Shown here: positions 42,773 through 54,094 of the stretch, piece by piece
How the letters are laid out: each line of letters starts with the position of its first letter
How positions within the stretch are numbered: the stretch's first letter is position 1
DNA from: Planctomycetota bacterium
Lineage (GTDB): Bacteria > Planctomycetota > GCA-002687715 > DRQF01
Assembly: GCA_036479435.1 (NCBI GenBank)
Contig: JAZGFI010000243.1
Coordinates: forward strand, 1-64,000
DNA: 64,000 nucleotides
Direction: 5' to 3'
Position numbers and translations under genes: made by a program
Notes under the pieces: generated by a model
What the model saw: the letters and a program-made list of their open reading frames with translations, nothing else
Told to the model about the DNA's origin: nothing
The model's database searches: none

Positions 42773-44722
42773 TCAAAGAACTCGTCCCTTGACCAAAGTA
42801 GGAACGACGCTTGGATCGGCCAAGGTCGAAGTATCACCGAGGTCCTCGACATCCCCGCTCGCGATATTACGCAGGATGCGGCGCATGATCTTTCCGCTGC
42901 GAGTCTTTGGGAGACCGTCTGAAAACTGAATTTGATCCGGCGAGGCGATGGGCCCGATGACGGTGCGCACGGTCTTGACTAGCTCTTTTTTGAGCCCTTC
43001 TTCGATGACGACATCGGCGTTCAGCGTGACAAAGGCGTAGATCCCCTGCCCCTTGATGTCGTGGGGATAACCCACCACCGCCGATTCTGCCACCGCGGGA
43101 TGGTGGCCAAGGGCGGCCTCGACTTCGGCCGTGCCCAGCCGGTGCCCCGAAACGTTCAAAACGTCGTCGACGCGCCCCGTAATCCAATAGTAGCCGTCTT
43201 CATCGCGGCGACAGCCATCTCCGGTGAAGTACTTGCCAGGGTAAGCCTTAAAGTAGGTGTCGATGAAGCGCTGATGATCGCCGTAGATGGTTCGCATCAT
43301 TCCCGGCCAGGGTTCGGTGATGCACAGGTTCCCCGACACGCCATTGCCCTCGATGATCTCGCCTTGGTCGTTGACAAGCGCCAACTGAACGCCGAAAAAT
43401 GGCTTGGTGGCAGACCCCGGTTTGGTGGGAGTGGCACCGGGCAAGGGCGAGATCATGATTCCCCCGGTCTCAGTTTGCCACCAGGTGTCAACGATGGGAC
43501 AGCGACCTTGCCCCACCACTTCGTGGTACCAAAGCCAAGCCTCGGGGTTGATCGGCTCGCCAACGGTGCCGAGCAGACGCAGGCTCGATCGCGACCGACT
43601 CGTCACCGGGTCGTCACCGTAGCGTTGCAAGGCTCGAATGGCGGTCGGCGCGGTGTAGAACAAGGTGACTTGGTGCTTGTCGACGACGTCCCAAAACCTG
43701 CCGACATCTGGAAAAGTCGGGATGCCTTCGAACATCAAGGTCGTAGCCCCATTGCACAGCGGGCCGTAAATGATGTAGCTATGGCCCGTAACCCATCCGA
43801 TATCGGCGGTGCACCAGTAGATGTCTTCGCCAGCGCGATGATCAAAAATCAATTCGTGAGTGTAGGAAACGTAGGTGAGATATCCGGCCGTGGTGTGCAG
43901 CACACCCTTGGGTTTCCCGGTGGAACCGGAGGTGTAAAGAATGAACAAGGGGTCTTCGGCGTTCATCACCTCGGGAGGGCAAGTATCGGCTATCGACGCG
44001 GCGGAGAGTTCGCTGGCAAAGTCATAGTCTCGGCCGTCTCTTAGACCAGGTCCCCCGCCGCTGCGTTTCACGACGAGCACGCACTCGACAAAGTCCAATC
44101 CCTCAATCGCCTGGTCAGTGGTTTGCTTGAGCGGAATGATCTTTCCTCCGCGCAGGCCCTCATCAGCCGTCACGACCATCTTGCAATTTGAATCTTCAAT
44201 GCGGTTGCGCAGCGAGGTCGCGCTGAACCCGCCGAAGACAATGCTGTGGACCGCACCGATTCGAGCGCAGGCGAGCATGACGACCGCAAGCTCGGGAATC
44301 ATCGGCAGGTAAATGCAGACTCGATCGCCCTTCTTCACGCCGTGGTGCTTTAAGAGATTGGCGCAACGGCAAACGCGCTTCAGCAGTTCGGTGTAGCTGA
44401 TCTTCAGATCAACGGAAGGGTCGTCCGATTCCCAAATGATCGCCGTTCGATCACCAAGACCGGCCTCGACGTGTCGATCGAGGCAGTTGACGGTGACGTT
44501 CAGTTGACCGTCTTCGAACCAAGAGATGTCGCCACGCCCAAGATCACAGTTCATGATCTGCGTCGGCTTTTTTTGCCAGGTCAGTCGTTCGGAGACTTTT
44601 TGCCAAAACCCTGCCGGATCTGAGATCGATTCCGCATAGCGTTTGTCGTAGTCCTCAGTCGAGGAGACATGAGCGCGTTGGGGAAATTCGGCTGGCGGTT
44701 GGAAGAGTTGTGAATCTGACAT
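42773..44722 (-). CDS. acs: Acetyl-CoA synthetase
   Basis: [36 protein letters not shown] and [11 protein letters not shown]. Confidence 0.97.
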   Translation of the reverse strand: MSDSQLFQPPAEFPQRAHVSSTEDYDKRYAESISDPAGFWQKVSERLTWQKKPTQIMNCDLGRGDISWFEDGQLNVTVNCLDRHVEAGLGDRTAIIWESDDPSVDLKISYTELLKRVCRCANLLKHHGVKKGDRVCIYLPMIPELAVVMLACARIGAVHSIVFGGFSATSLRNRIEDSNCKMVVTADEGLRGGKIIPLKQTTDQAIEGLDFVECVLVVKRSGGGPGLRDGRDYDFASELSAASIADTCPPEVMNAEDPLFILYTSGSTGKPKGVLHTTAGYLTYVSYTHELIFDHRAGEDIYWCTADIGWVTGHSYIIYGPLCNGATTLMFEGIPTFPDVGRFWDVVDKHQVTLFYTAPTAIRALQRYGDDPVTSRSRSSLRLLGTVGEPINPEAWLWYHEVVGQGRCPIVDTWWQTETGGIMISPLPGATPTKPGSATKPFFGVQLALVNDQGEIIEGNGVSGNLCITEPWPGMMRTIYGDHQRFIDTYFKAYPGKYFTGDGCRRDEDGYYWITGRVDDVLNVSGHRLGTAEVEAALGHHPAVAESAVVGYPHDIKGQGIYAFVTLNADVVIEEGLKKELVKTVRTVIGPIASPDQIQFSDGLPKTRSGKIMRRILRNIASGDVEDLGDTSTLADPSVVPTLVKGRVL

Positions 44723-44918
44723 CAAAAGTTCTCACTGCGCAAAGTGCTGGGAGCAAGGCGTTTCCGCCGTCCGACGGACAGAGTAGTCGCAGTTGCCCAG
44801 ATCGCCAAGCTCCGGGCTTGGCTGGGCACCATTTCAAAGAGTAAGATTGCCGCAGCGGGCGGCCTCGTTCCGCCCCTGAATGCCGAATCCAAAGTTCGCC
44901 CCTGGAAAAGACCAGAAC

Positions 44919-47318
44919 ATGCCCCGCAACATCTTGACGCTCTTCATCGCTCTGGCCACTCTCGCCCTTTCATCTCAAGCCCAAACCCTTTTGGTGAATC
45001 GCCAAGTCCACGCTTCGACGGCACAAGGCCGCGACGTCGAGGTCTTATTGACCGGCACGCCCTTGGCAGCGATGATCTTGGCCTTCAATGTTGATCCCGG
45101 CCCCACGGTCATCAACCGCCAGGTCATCCCCCTTGGGATCGGGTCAACGTTGATGATCACCCACAACATGGTGCCCATCCCCGCATCCGGGACTTTTGAG
45201 GCGTCGATGCCGATCGCATTCAACGCCGCTTTGGAGGGCGTCACCCTCTACGGCGCCGCCATCGTCATCGACCCCACGAACATAGGGGTCGGGTTTACGG
45301 TGAGCAATGGCGTCAGCATGACCTTCACCAGAAAAACGGAAGCGGGCGAAGACAACGCCGGCTTTGTGGGGCAACCCGTCGTCCTGGACGGCTCCGCCAC
45401 TCTTGCCGACGGACCGATCCCCGCGGGCTTTGAGTTTTCCTGGGAGATCATCTTTGGTCCGGTGGGACATCAAGCCACGCTTGAGGGCGCTGACACCTTG
45501 TTCCCGACTTTGCGGGCCGACCTTCCCGGCACCTACAAACTCGAACTGTGCTTGCAGGCGCCAGGGACAACCGGTGGGTCTTTTGATGTCGCCGAAGTCC
45601 ACATCTATGACCTCGACCTTGGTGGCCTTGCCGAAGTGCCCTTTGACGCCTCCGCTCAGGTTGCCGCTTCCGGTGCTTTCAGCGGAGCCAATGGCTCGGC
45701 CTACTCGCTCTTGGGCCTGGACAACGATGCCGACCAAGACGGGACGGTCGCGGGCAGTCAATCTGCGGGCGACGAACTGACACCTTTTTTCTTCCAGGCG
45801 GTTTCGCCCCGCGGCGTCAAGACCCAGAAGTTCTTGCCGATGGTGAACGGCGAAAGCCGCAGCCTCAATGACACCATTGCCGATGCCTTGGCCGTCCATC
45901 TCCGCGACGAGGCCTTTGATCCCCTCGAAGATCTCATCGGAACGGCCGCCGCCGGACTCGACATTGCTGCTTTGCTCCAGCCGTTCTTTGACGGCCTTGA
46001 GCCCATCCCGGTTGTCGACATCCCCGCTCCCTTCCCGCCCGGAGCGACTCTGTTCTCAGCATCGATCTTGCCGACCGAAGTCGCCATCGATCCGGGAGTG
46101 ACCGTCAACATTGAAACCCTGTCCGACGCGCTCGCGGTGAGCCTCACCTTCAGCAACTTCGTCCTCACCTTCGACATCTTCGGTGAGACCCTGTTGACCG
46201 GCCCCTACACCGACATCGGCACCTTGACCGTGCCTGAACTCACTTTGACCGTCGCCTTGTCGACCGTCATCAGCAACGGTGTCTTTGAAAGCAGCGTCGA
46301 ATCTAGCTCGCTCGACCTCGTCGGCGCCACCTTGACGTTTGAAACCGGTGTCATCCCGGCAGCTTTTTCGACCCAGGTTTTGAACGCGGTGATCCCGGCC
46401 TTGGAAGGCGTCATTGGCGGAGTCCTGGCCGCGGCCGTTCCGCTCCTGGTCGACACCGTCTTGAATGCCATTCCCCAGTCCTTCGACGCCGCCGGTGTCA
46501 CCTTCAGCGCGGTCGCATCCAGAATCGGCTACACCTTAGGTGGGCTAACTCTTGGCTTTGGCGTGGGCATCAACACCAGCGCCTTGGCGAACCCGCTCCC
46601 CGACGTTCACTACCTCGCGACCGACAACGGACTCCCCACATTCGGTCCCGTCGTCCCCACCAGCGGCGACCCCTACCAAACGGCGCTCGCCATCGCTGAT
46701 GACTTAGTGAACTTGGCACTTGCCAACGCCCAGAACGCCGAGCAGATCTCCTTCGAATTCACGGGCCCCTTGGAAGTCTTCCCGGGCTTGCGGCCCATTC
46801 CTCTCAACGCGGGCTCGATGGCGACCTTCCTTCCGGGCTTAGGTTTCGACCGTTTTCCTGCCGATGCCGAAGTACGCTTTGTCTTCACTATCGCCGCCGC
46901 GCCTTTTTTGAGCCTCGGCGATGACAGTAAATTGGTGCTTCCCGACCTCGTGGTCGAAGCCTTTGTTCAACTCAAGGAAAACTACGAAGTGCCCGCCGTG
47001 CAATTCGGCCTCTACGGTTCCCTCGTCGTCACGCCCGAGTTCAACTTCGTCACGAACGAAATCACTCTGACGACCGGTGAAGGTGACTTCGAAGCCTATG
47101 CCCGAGGCTCACTTCCCGCCGTCGATCTCGAAACGGTCTTACCGGGCATCGCGGCCCTCATCGACCTTCTCCTCCCCAGTCTCTCCGACGCCCTCCCTCC
47201 GCTGCCCTTGCCGCAACTCCCCGCCCTCGGCGGCTCCGAGTTGATCGGCTTCGAGTTCGGAGGAGACCTCAACGACTACATGGCCACCTACTTCGGCCCT
47301 GTCGCCAGCGAAGAATAA
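44919..47318 (+). CDS. Large acidic secreted protein: N-terminal beta domain, PKD/REJ-like Ig domain, putative BPI/LBP-like region
   Basis: Signal peptide ending SQA-Q; AGEDN...VVLDGSAT...FSW...PGTYKLEL (PKD-like); two long beta/helix halves with ALAIADDLVNLAL. Confidence 0.6.
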   Translation: MPRNILTLFIALATLALSSQAQTLLVNRQVHASTAQGRDVEVLLTGTPLAAMILAFNVDPGPTVINRQVIPLGIGSTLMITHNMVPIPASGTFEASMPIAFNAALEGVTLYGAAIVIDPTNIGVGFTVSNGVSMTFTRKTEAGEDNAGFVGQPVVLDGSATLADGPIPAGFEFSWEIIFGPVGHQATLEGADTLFPTLRADLPGTYKLELCLQAPGTTGGSFDVAEVHIYDLDLGGLAEVPFDASAQVAASGAFSGANGSAYSLLGLDNDADQDGTVAGSQSAGDELTPFFFQAVSPRGVKTQKFLPMVNGESRSLNDTIADALAVHLRDEAFDPLEDLIGTAAAGLDIAALLQPFFDGLEPIPVVDIPAPFPPGATLFSASILPTEVAIDPGVTVNIETLSDALAVSLTFSNFVLTFDIFGETLLTGPYTDIGTLTVPELTLTVALSTVISNGVFESSVESSSLDLVGATLTFETGVIPAAFSTQVLNAVIPALEGVIGGVLAAAVPLLVDTVLNAIPQSFDAAGVTFSAVASRIGYTLGGLTLGFGVGINTSALANPLPDVHYLATDNGLPTFGPVVPTSGDPYQTALAIADDLVNLALANAQNAEQISFEFTGPLEVFPGLRPIPLNAGSMATFLPGLGFDRFPADAEVRFVFTIAAAPFLSLGDDSKLVLPDLVVEAFVQLKENYEVPAVQFGLYGSLVVTPEFNFVTNEITLTTGEGDFEAYARGSLPAVDLETVLPGIAALIDLLLPSLSDALPPLPLPQLPALGGSELIGFEFGGDLNDYMATYFGPVASEE

Positions 47319-47332
47319 TTCGATCTGTCCAT

Positions 47333-47377
47333 ACGGTGCCCGGCATCCGGCCGTCACTTTTTTGTGCCAGGCACCGT
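47333..47377. terminator. Hairpin after the large secreted protein gene
   Basis: acggtgcc-cggca ... tgcc-aggcaccgt inverted repeat just after the stop at 47318. Confidence 0.35.
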
Positions 47378-47857
47378 ATCACCACATCAAATCCGTCCCG
47401 CCAACAATCCATGAAAAACGTCGAGATCACACCAAGGTTGTTGGGCGCACAGTTTCATCATCACTCTTAGGCCTTTTTTCCTCCATGTCGCTCGTCGCCC
47501 AAGAAAAGAAATCGCAAGGTTAGTTGAGCAGCTCGTCAAAGAAGCCGAGTTGGCGGCCGCCGACAACTAAGTTTCGGTCGATGGTCCCCAGAGCCGGGCT
47601 CACATTCGGCCGCTGACACCGAAGCCTTGGCTCACACCTCCCGACAGCTTAATCAAGCCGAATCAACTCCGGAGTTTCGCCATCGGGCGCGTTATCTTGA
47701 ATGCCGCGCCTCATTCTCGAAAGCCACCACGAAATATTGTGGTGTAGTTTTGAAAGAACTCAGGCCAATACTGGTGGATGCTGGTGACCGTCACTCCGCA
47801 CCTACTCACCCGTTTGCGTAATGACCTTCATTCCGTCCTTATTAGTGAGATCTCGAC

Positions 47858-48399
47858 TTGGCTTCAGACGTATTTCTCCCGTCTATCGCTTTCGTTTTTT
47901 TCGCCGCTTGCTTTTCATGTTCTCCTAATGAGAAAGACATGAGTAGCCATAGGCCCCTATCGCCGTTTGCGCCAGCAACTCAAGCAGAGCCAATTAGGGA
48001 ATCGATTCAGGGCGCGAACGCTGCGGGTATTCTTCCTTGGGGAGTTACAGAATCGTCTCTCGAGAAACCGGGTATGCCTGGGATCGTTGGGCGCGCATCG
48101 AGCCGGGCGATTTTTGTCTTTTGACGGCTGCTTCAATCGCGAGTTCGCTCGTTGGTTTCCGAGTAACGGGCTTCGACAGGCAGGGCCGGAGCGTACTTGT
48201 CATCGTTGATTGGGACAAAGCCAACGGTTTCTCGCCATTGCTGATTGAGGGCCCACACTTGGCCAGTATTTTCAGCGTCGCTCAAGGCGACGTCTCAGAG
48301 ATTCGGATCGAGTTTTTTTGGACTGGCGAGATACCCACGACGGACGGAGTTCTACTGTTCAAAAAGAGTGCAATCAGTGAGGAATTGAAGCTTAAATAG
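47858..48399 (+). pseudogene. Probable frameshifted lipoprotein/hypothetical gene
   Basis: ORF 47858-48124 has a lipobox-like CFSC and overlaps two ORFs in other frames ending at 48209 and 48399; AT-richer segment. Confidence 0.3.
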
Positions 48400-48424
48400 C
48401 AGACGAGATCGGAATTCAATGGGT

Positions 48425-48964
48425 CTAACGGTCGTCTTCCGTCTGACTTTCCGGAGGGTCGAGAACGATGAGGCCTACAAGATATCTGCCACTATCCTCG
48501 ACGCGCATCCTGCCCATCGTGACTTTCGGCTCCGCTTCGATGCGCTCAAGGCCAGTGGGAGTGCCTGGATCGTCTGTTGACTCCGTTTGATGCTCTTCCA
48601 GATCAACGCGGGCTTCGGCATCAGCCGAACAGCTGGGCAAGAACCCAAGAAGAGCGAAAAGGCCGGCTGCGAGGGCACGCATGCGGCGTCCGGTCCTCGC
48701 GGCCAGGCCCACCGGGCAGTCCTTGGTCAGCATCGTCCCGTCTGCGCGGCGGTAGAAGCGAACGCAGATGTTTCCTTCCGACTTCGCAACCAACTCACTC
48801 GCTTCAGCTTGGTTCATCTCCGAAAGATTGAAGACATTCAGCGCGCAGCGTTCACAGTGCCGTACCGCCCCATCGCCCTTCATCGCGTCCCAAGGCTCAT
48901 TGCAAGGTGAAGCGACCCGAACTCGGTTCAAATCAAAAGGATCTGTCTTGTACGCCATGGTCAT
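48425..48964 (-). CDS. Conserved hypothetical protein with Cys-rich N-terminal domain and TM/lipobox-like segment
   Basis: VASPCNEPWDAMKGD..RHCERC..VFNLS.M...C.RFYRRADGT..T.DCP, a motif I recall from myxobacterial, cyanobacterial and Bacteroidota hypotheticals. Confidence 0.7.
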   Translation of the reverse strand: MTMAYKTDPFDLNRVRVASPCNEPWDAMKGDGAVRHCERCALNVFNLSEMNQAEASELVAKSEGNICVRFYRRADGTMLTKDCPVGLAARTGRRMRALAAGLFALLGFLPSCSADAEARVDLEEHQTESTDDPGTPTGLERIEAEPKVTMGRMRVEDSGRYLVGLIVLDPPESQTEDDR

Positions 48965-49086
48965 GTCTATCCAGTCAGAACTCGTTACCCACCCTCAGAC
49001 GCTGCATCGTCTCGATAGTTCAACAATTGTCTGATCGGACTCCGCCGCCGGCACCTCTTCACCCCGCGGCGGTATTAAGCCGGGAG

Positions 49087-50355
49087 TTAGGTCGAAGTGT
49101 CGACGCGGACTTTTTTGAGGTAGCGGCCGTTCATGGTGAGGACGGTAAAGGAGTTACCGGCAATCTCGAGTTTGGTTCCGGGGCTTAGGTCTTCTTTGCC
49201 TTCGGCGACGATGAGGCCACCAAGGGTGCTCACACCATCATGATCATGGGCGAGGTCGAGGCCGGTCTTGCGACGAATGTAGCGTAGAGTGGTACGCGCA
49301 TCGGCGACGAAGGTACCGGGGCGAATGATGTCGACGCGGCGGCGACTGGTCTTGTCGTGTTCGTCTTGGATCTCGCCGACGAGTTCTTCGAGGATGTCTT
49401 TGAGGGTTACGAGACCTTCGAGCCCGCCGTACTCGTCGACCACGAAGACCATTTCGCTGCCGGAATCTTGGATGTGCTCGAGGGCTTTGCCGAGTTTGGT
49501 GGATTCGGGAATGAAAGTTGGGGGCCTCACGATGGATCGCAAGTTGTCGGCGGCACTTTCTCGGCCGTCTTGTAGCAATAGGTCTTTGGCGTGAAGGATG
49601 CCGAGGAGGTCCTCTTCGTTCTCTCCCCAAACCGGAACCCGCGAATGACCGGTGCTGCGTAGGATCTCTTCGAACTGGGTTAAACCACCGGCGATGGGCA
49701 TGCTGACGATCTCGTGACGCGGCACAAGAACCTGGCGCACGGCCGATTGTGCAAACTCGTAGACGCCGTGAAGAATGTGGTGCGTGACCTTGCCGAAACT
49801 GCCCTCTTCGCGCCCGACCTCGGCGATCATCAACAAGTCTTCGTAGGAGACACTGCGGGCCTCGTCTCCGGATTTGTTTCGATTCAGTGGGCGCAAAAAG
49901 AACTCGGCGACTTTCGTGGTCAGCGTGATGAGGGGTGAAGTAAGCGCCATGAAAATCGCCAGGGGACGCGAACAAAGTCGCGCGACGGTTAGAGCCCTTT
50001 CCGCGGCGATAGTCTTCGGCAGGATTTCAGCGAAGATGAGAAGCAATACGGTCAGGATGGGACTCACATAAAACGGTGCCATGTCGCCCAGAAACTGCGT
50101 CGCCAAGACCGTTGATATGGACGCCAACAAGACGTTGGCGAAGTTGTTGCCCAACAAGATCCCCGACAACAATCTGCCGGTGTTATCGACCAAGGCAAGA
50201 ACGCGGCGCGCAACCTCATCACCACCGTCGGCGAGGGCCCGAAGGCGGAGACGATTCACCGCCATCAGCGCCGTTTCCGAGCTTGAAAAGAACGCCGACA
50301 CGAAAAATAGAACCAAGGTGAACCCGGCAAGGGCCGCCATCACGACATCGTTCAT
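49087..50355 (-). CDS. CNNM/CorC (hemolysin-like DUF21-CBS-CorC) transporter
   Basis: SAFFSSSETAL, ILLGNN, FAEILPK, HSRVPV and VVDEYGGLEGLVTLKDILEELVGEIQDE. Confidence 0.93.
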   Translation of the reverse strand: MNDVVMAALAGFTLVLFFVSAFFSSSETALMAVNRLRLRALADGGDEVARRVLALVDNTGRLLSGILLGNNFANVLLASISTVLATQFLGDMAPFYVSPILTVLLLIFAEILPKTIAAERALTVARLCSRPLAIFMALTSPLITLTTKVAEFFLRPLNRNKSGDEARSVSYEDLLMIAEVGREEGSFGKVTHHILHGVYEFAQSAVRQVLVPRHEIVSMPIAGGLTQFEEILRSTGHSRVPVWGENEEDLLGILHAKDLLLQDGRESAADNLRSIVRPPTFIPESTKLGKALEHIQDSGSEMVFVVDEYGGLEGLVTLKDILEELVGEIQDEHDKTSRRRVDIIRPGTFVADARTTLRYIRRKTGLDLAHDHDGVSTLGGLIVAEGKEDLSPGTKLEIAGNSFTVLTMNGRYLKKVRVDTST

Positions 50356-50460
50356 CGCAACCTCAATGGGCAAGGGGGTCACCAACGACCCCACAGGCGC
50401 ATGATAGCAGGCCCGAGCTTAGAGATTCGAATGAGACAAGGCGGTAAGCCGGACCGGGGG

Positions 50461-51729
50461 CTACTCGTGGCGCAGAGCCTCGATGGGGTCCATCTTTGCG
50501 GCTCGAATCGCAGGATAGAGTCCGAAAATGATACCTACCGCAGCCGAGATACCGAAACTGAGGAGAAGAAACTCAATTCTTACGATCGTGGTTTGATCAA
50601 AAGCGTAGGTGACGAGCTTGGGGGCCAAGGTGCCGACGATGACGCCCAAAGCGCCTCCGAGGCAGGACAAGACCACAGTTTCGATCAAAAACTGCAAGAC
50701 GATGTGACGCTGCTGGGCGCCGAGGGCGCGCCGGATGCCGATCTCACGAGTACGTTCTGTCACCGATGCCAACATGATGTTCATGATGCCGATGCCGCCG
50801 ACCAACAGCGAAATACCGGCGATGGCGCCCAACATGATGGAAAAGAGCTTGGCCTGTTCTTTAGCCGAGCGCAGCAATTCCAAGGGCACTAAGACCTGGT
50901 AATCCTCTTTGTCGTGATTGTGCTTCAGGACGCGGCGAATACTCGCCGCCACCGGCCGGACGTCCTTGATGTCGCGCACCTGGACCTGAATCTCGTGAAG
51001 CTCGACACGTTCCCGTTTGGATGTTCCCGAGGTACGCTCAACGATCTCTTCGCCAAAGAACACCCGCGACGCTGACAAGGGGATGTAGATCGTGTTGAAG
51101 TTCGAGTCGGTCTCGTCGTTGCCCTCGCGCTTATATCCGACTTTGGTCTGGATGACCCCAATGACCGTAAAGGGGTCAAGGCCAACCTTGACGATCTTTC
51201 CTATCGGGTACTTGTGGAGGAAGAGCTTTCGAGCGATGCCCGGCGTCAAGACGCAGACATTGGAGTGCTCGCGTTCGTGCAGCGAGGAGAAAAACCGGCC
51301 TTCCAGCATTTTCAGTTTGGCAACGCTCGGAAACCAAGGCACCGTCCCCCGCACCACACCATTGAGGATGCGAGTCTCATAGCGCAGCTCCTTGGGGTAG
51401 TCGCGCGCTTGCACCATGATGTCGACGTTGGGCAGGGTCTTTTTGATGAGTTCAGCATCGTTGTACTTGAGGCCATACTCCACCGAGCGCTGGTTGGCGT
51501 CGCCCGCCTGTTTGTTCTCGACGGGTTGCACGCTCTTCAAGATGATGTTCGTGCTGCCTAGAGCTTTAATCTGCTGCTGGGCTTCATAAGCCGCACCTTC
51601 GCCAATGGCGAGCATCGCGATGACCGCGAACACTCCGCAGAGAATCCCCAAGATCGTCAACAGACTGCGCAAAGGGTGTAGGGCCAGGCTACGCAAGGCC
51701 AATTTCAAGGTACGAAGGAATCGAATCAT
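50461..51729 (-). CDS. MacB-type ABC transporter permease
   Basis: LRSLLTILGI, ISLLVGGIGIMNIMLASVTERTREIGIRRALGA and DPIEALRHE. Confidence 0.93.
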   Translation of the reverse strand: MIRFLRTLKLALRSLALHPLRSLLTILGILCGVFAVIAMLAIGEGAAYEAQQQIKALGSTNIILKSVQPVENKQAGDANQRSVEYGLKYNDAELIKKTLPNVDIMVQARDYPKELRYETRILNGVVRGTVPWFPSVAKLKMLEGRFFSSLHEREHSNVCVLTPGIARKLFLHKYPIGKIVKVGLDPFTVIGVIQTKVGYKREGNDETDSNFNTIYIPLSASRVFFGEEIVERTSGTSKRERVELHEIQVQVRDIKDVRPVAASIRRVLKHNHDKEDYQVLVPLELLRSAKEQAKLFSIMLGAIAGISLLVGGIGIMNIMLASVTERTREIGIRRALGAQQRHIVLQFLIETVVLSCLGGALGVIVGTLAPKLVTYAFDQTTIVRIEFLLLSFGISAAVGIIFGLYPAIRAAKMDPIEALRHE

Positions 51730-52433
51730 GGTGTTTTCAGGGCTCGCTGGCCTTGCCCGTCCCTAATGCTTTCGATCTCGCCGTCGCGCATCGTCAGGAT
51801 CTTTTGGGCGTGGGCCGCCACTTCGTCTTCGTGGGTCACCATGATGACGGTTGTGCCCTGATCGTGCATCTCGTGCAAGATCGTGAGGATTTCGGCGCCG
51901 GTGGAAGTGTCGAGGTTTCCGGTCGGTTCATCCGCCAACACCAAGACTGGCTCGTTAACCAAGGCCCGCGCAATCGCGACGCGTTGCTGCTGCCCCCCCG
52001 AAAGCTCGGTGGGACGGTGATCCAAACGTTCAGCCAGACCCACGCGCTCCGCGAGAAGAGTCGCACGTCGTCGAGCCTCCGAAGCAGCGATGTTTTGGTA
52101 AAAAAGCGGCACTTCGATGTTCTCGATGACCGTGAGTTGAGGGATCAGGTTGAAGCTTTGAAAGATGAACCCCAACATCCGGCCGCGCACGGCCGACAGG
52201 TCGCGATCGTTCATACGAGCCACAGCTTCGCCGCCGAGCATGTAGTCCCCGGAACTCGGACGGTCCAAACAACCTAAGAGGTTGAGCATCGTCGACTTGC
52301 CCGACCCCGAGGGCCCCATGATCGCCCAAAAGTCGCCCTTTTCGAAACCGATCGACACGTTCTTCAGGGCGTCAACGACATTGTCGCCCATGCGATAAGT
52401 CTTGCAGATGTCTGTCAGTTCCGCGATGGCCAT
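51726..52433 (-). CDS. ABC transporter ATP-binding protein (LolD/MacB type)
   Basis: [24 protein letters not shown] and ADEPTGNLD. Confidence 0.95.
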   Translation of the reverse strand: MAIAELTDICKTYRMGDNVVDALKNVSIGFEKGDFWAIMGPSGSGKSTMLNLLGCLDRPSSGDYMLGGEAVARMNDRDLSAVRGRMLGFIFQSFNLIPQLTVIENIEVPLFYQNIAASEARRRATLLAERVGLAERLDHRPTELSGGQQQRVAIARALVNEPVLVLADEPTGNLDTSTGAEILTILHEMHDQGTTVIMVTHEDEVAAHAQKILTMRDGEIESIRDGQGQRALKTP

Positions 52434-52436
52434 GAA

Positions 52437-54092
52437 CTACTCTTGGCCTCTTCCCGTACCGCGCCCGGGCCCGCCACTACCGCCCGGCTTACGTCCGCGG
52501 CCCTGGCGCATCTTTTTTTTGTCGGCGTCACTCATGGAGTCCCAGCGCTTTTGTTGCTCGGGAGTCATCTTGGGGCGCCCCTTCTTCGACTGCTTTCCGT
52601 GAGGGTTGCTTCCCTTCGACTTCGAGGACTGATGCACTTTGCCCTTGCGGGGTTTCGCGGCCTTGGCGAGTGGAATGCGTTCGGAATCCGGCGGGACGGC
52701 CAAAAAGACCTCATCACCTTCGCCGACACCACCTAGGACGTTGACGAGTTCGTCGTTGTGGGCGCCGATTTGGATTTCACGCAGCACCGGTTCGCCGTCA
52801 ATCTTGACGTAGCAAAAACTCTGTGGCCCGTTGCTGTGGACGGCCTGCACTGGAAGGACCAGCACGTTGATGAGATCCTCAATGATGATTTCGGCGGCGC
52901 AGTTCATGCCGGGGCGAAGTCGCATGCCGGGATTGTCGATCGTTACCTTGGTCGAGTAGACCTTCAGGTCCGGGTTGCGATACCAAGATTGTGAATCCGG
53001 CACGCTGGCGATTGATTCGATCCCCCCCTGAATGACCTCGCCGGTGTCTGTTGCGATGATCACGGGCATGTTGAGTTTGACTTGCTCGACCCAGGACTCG
53101 TGCACATCCACGTCAACCCGCACTTGACTCATGTCGGGAATTTCGACGATGGTCTGGCCCTCGCGAACGGTCGACCCGGGCTCAACCGGCTTGCTTTCAC
53201 GGCGGCTACCTTCGCGGCCGTAGATCACAATGCCAGCGCGTTCGGCGACCACCCGGTTGTTGCTGACTTGTTTCTTCAGGCGCTCAAGCTTGATGACCTC
53301 CAACTTGTGCTGGCCGGTTTTCGCTTTGACCTCATTGATTTTCTTGGCGAGTTCGGCGGCTACTTTCGCTCTAACCCGCAAGACTTCGCGTTTGGCTTCC
53401 TCAAGATTGGATTCGAGTTCCACCACGCGCTTTTTGGAGGTGTACTCCTTCAGTACATCGAGTTTCTTGTCGCTCAGAGTCACGTTGATCTTGCCGCGCT
53501 TGACGGCCAGTTCGTCGCTTTCAAGTTTGTCCTTGGAGATATAACCCTTCTCTGCAAGCTCGCGGCTCCACTTCACCGTGTCCGCGGCACGCTTCAGCTC
53601 TTCTTCGGCCAACGTGATGTCGGCTGAGCGTTCGCCCTCTTCGCGCGGCAGATCACCGCGAAGGTATTGCTTTTGATCTAACTCTGCGAACAGCACCGTC
53701 AACTCGGCCTTTTTGACGTCGCTTTCGTTCTGTTGTTTTTGAATCTCAAGCTGCTTTTCAGCATTGAACAGAGCCTGCTCGGCGTTCGAGGTCGAGATCT
53801 CTTGCTGCAAGAGCTTCTCCTCGGCATCGTTCACATCCAAGGTGAACAACAGGTCGCCGACTTCGACCGCCGTACCTTCGCGCACCAATTCCAAAATGAC
53901 GGACTTGCCGGGAATCGGGTTCAGGACCTTAAAGGGGTTCCGGGCCTCGATCGTGCCTTTTTGGCGAATCGAAATCCTCAGATCCTGGCGTTTGACGGTT
54001 TGAGTCTGAAACTCAAAGTTTTCCTCCTGATCGCCACAAGAGGCGAGGAAGGTCACACTCAAGAACAAAGCGATCCAAGTTGCACGGAGCAT
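52437..54092 (-). CDS. Efflux periplasmic adaptor (MacA/HlyD-like) lipoprotein
   Basis: Lipobox LASC; EGTAVEVGDLLF lipoyl half, long coiled coil and LRPGMNC. Confidence 0.88.
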   Translation of the reverse strand: MLRATWIALFLSVTFLASCGDQEENFEFQTQTVKRQDLRISIRQKGTIEARNPFKVLNPIPGKSVILELVREGTAVEVGDLLFTLDVNDAEEKLLQQEISTSNAEQALFNAEKQLEIQKQQNESDVKKAELTVLFAELDQKQYLRGDLPREEGERSADITLAEEELKRAADTVKWSRELAEKGYISKDKLESDELAVKRGKINVTLSDKKLDVLKEYTSKKRVVELESNLEEAKREVLRVRAKVAAELAKKINEVKAKTGQHKLEVIKLERLKKQVSNNRVVAERAGIVIYGREGSRRESKPVEPGSTVREGQTIVEIPDMSQVRVDVDVHESWVEQVKLNMPVIIATDTGEVIQGGIESIASVPDSQSWYRNPDLKVYSTKVTIDNPGMRLRPGMNCAAEIIIEDLINVLVLPVQAVHSNGPQSFCYVKIDGEPVLREIQIGAHNDELVNVLGGVGEGDEVFLAVPPDSERIPLAKAAKPRKGKVHQSSKSKGSNPHGKQSKKGRPKMTPEQQKRWDSMSDADKKKMRQGRGRKPGGSGGPGRGTGRGQE

Positions 54093-54094
54093 GC

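Noticed and set aside
47411..47570. Short ORF fragments after the BPI-like gene as a RiPP precursor
   Set aside because: About 6 kb from the lanC-like pair, frame-broken, and resembling a decayed signal-peptide gene rather than a leader/core peptide.
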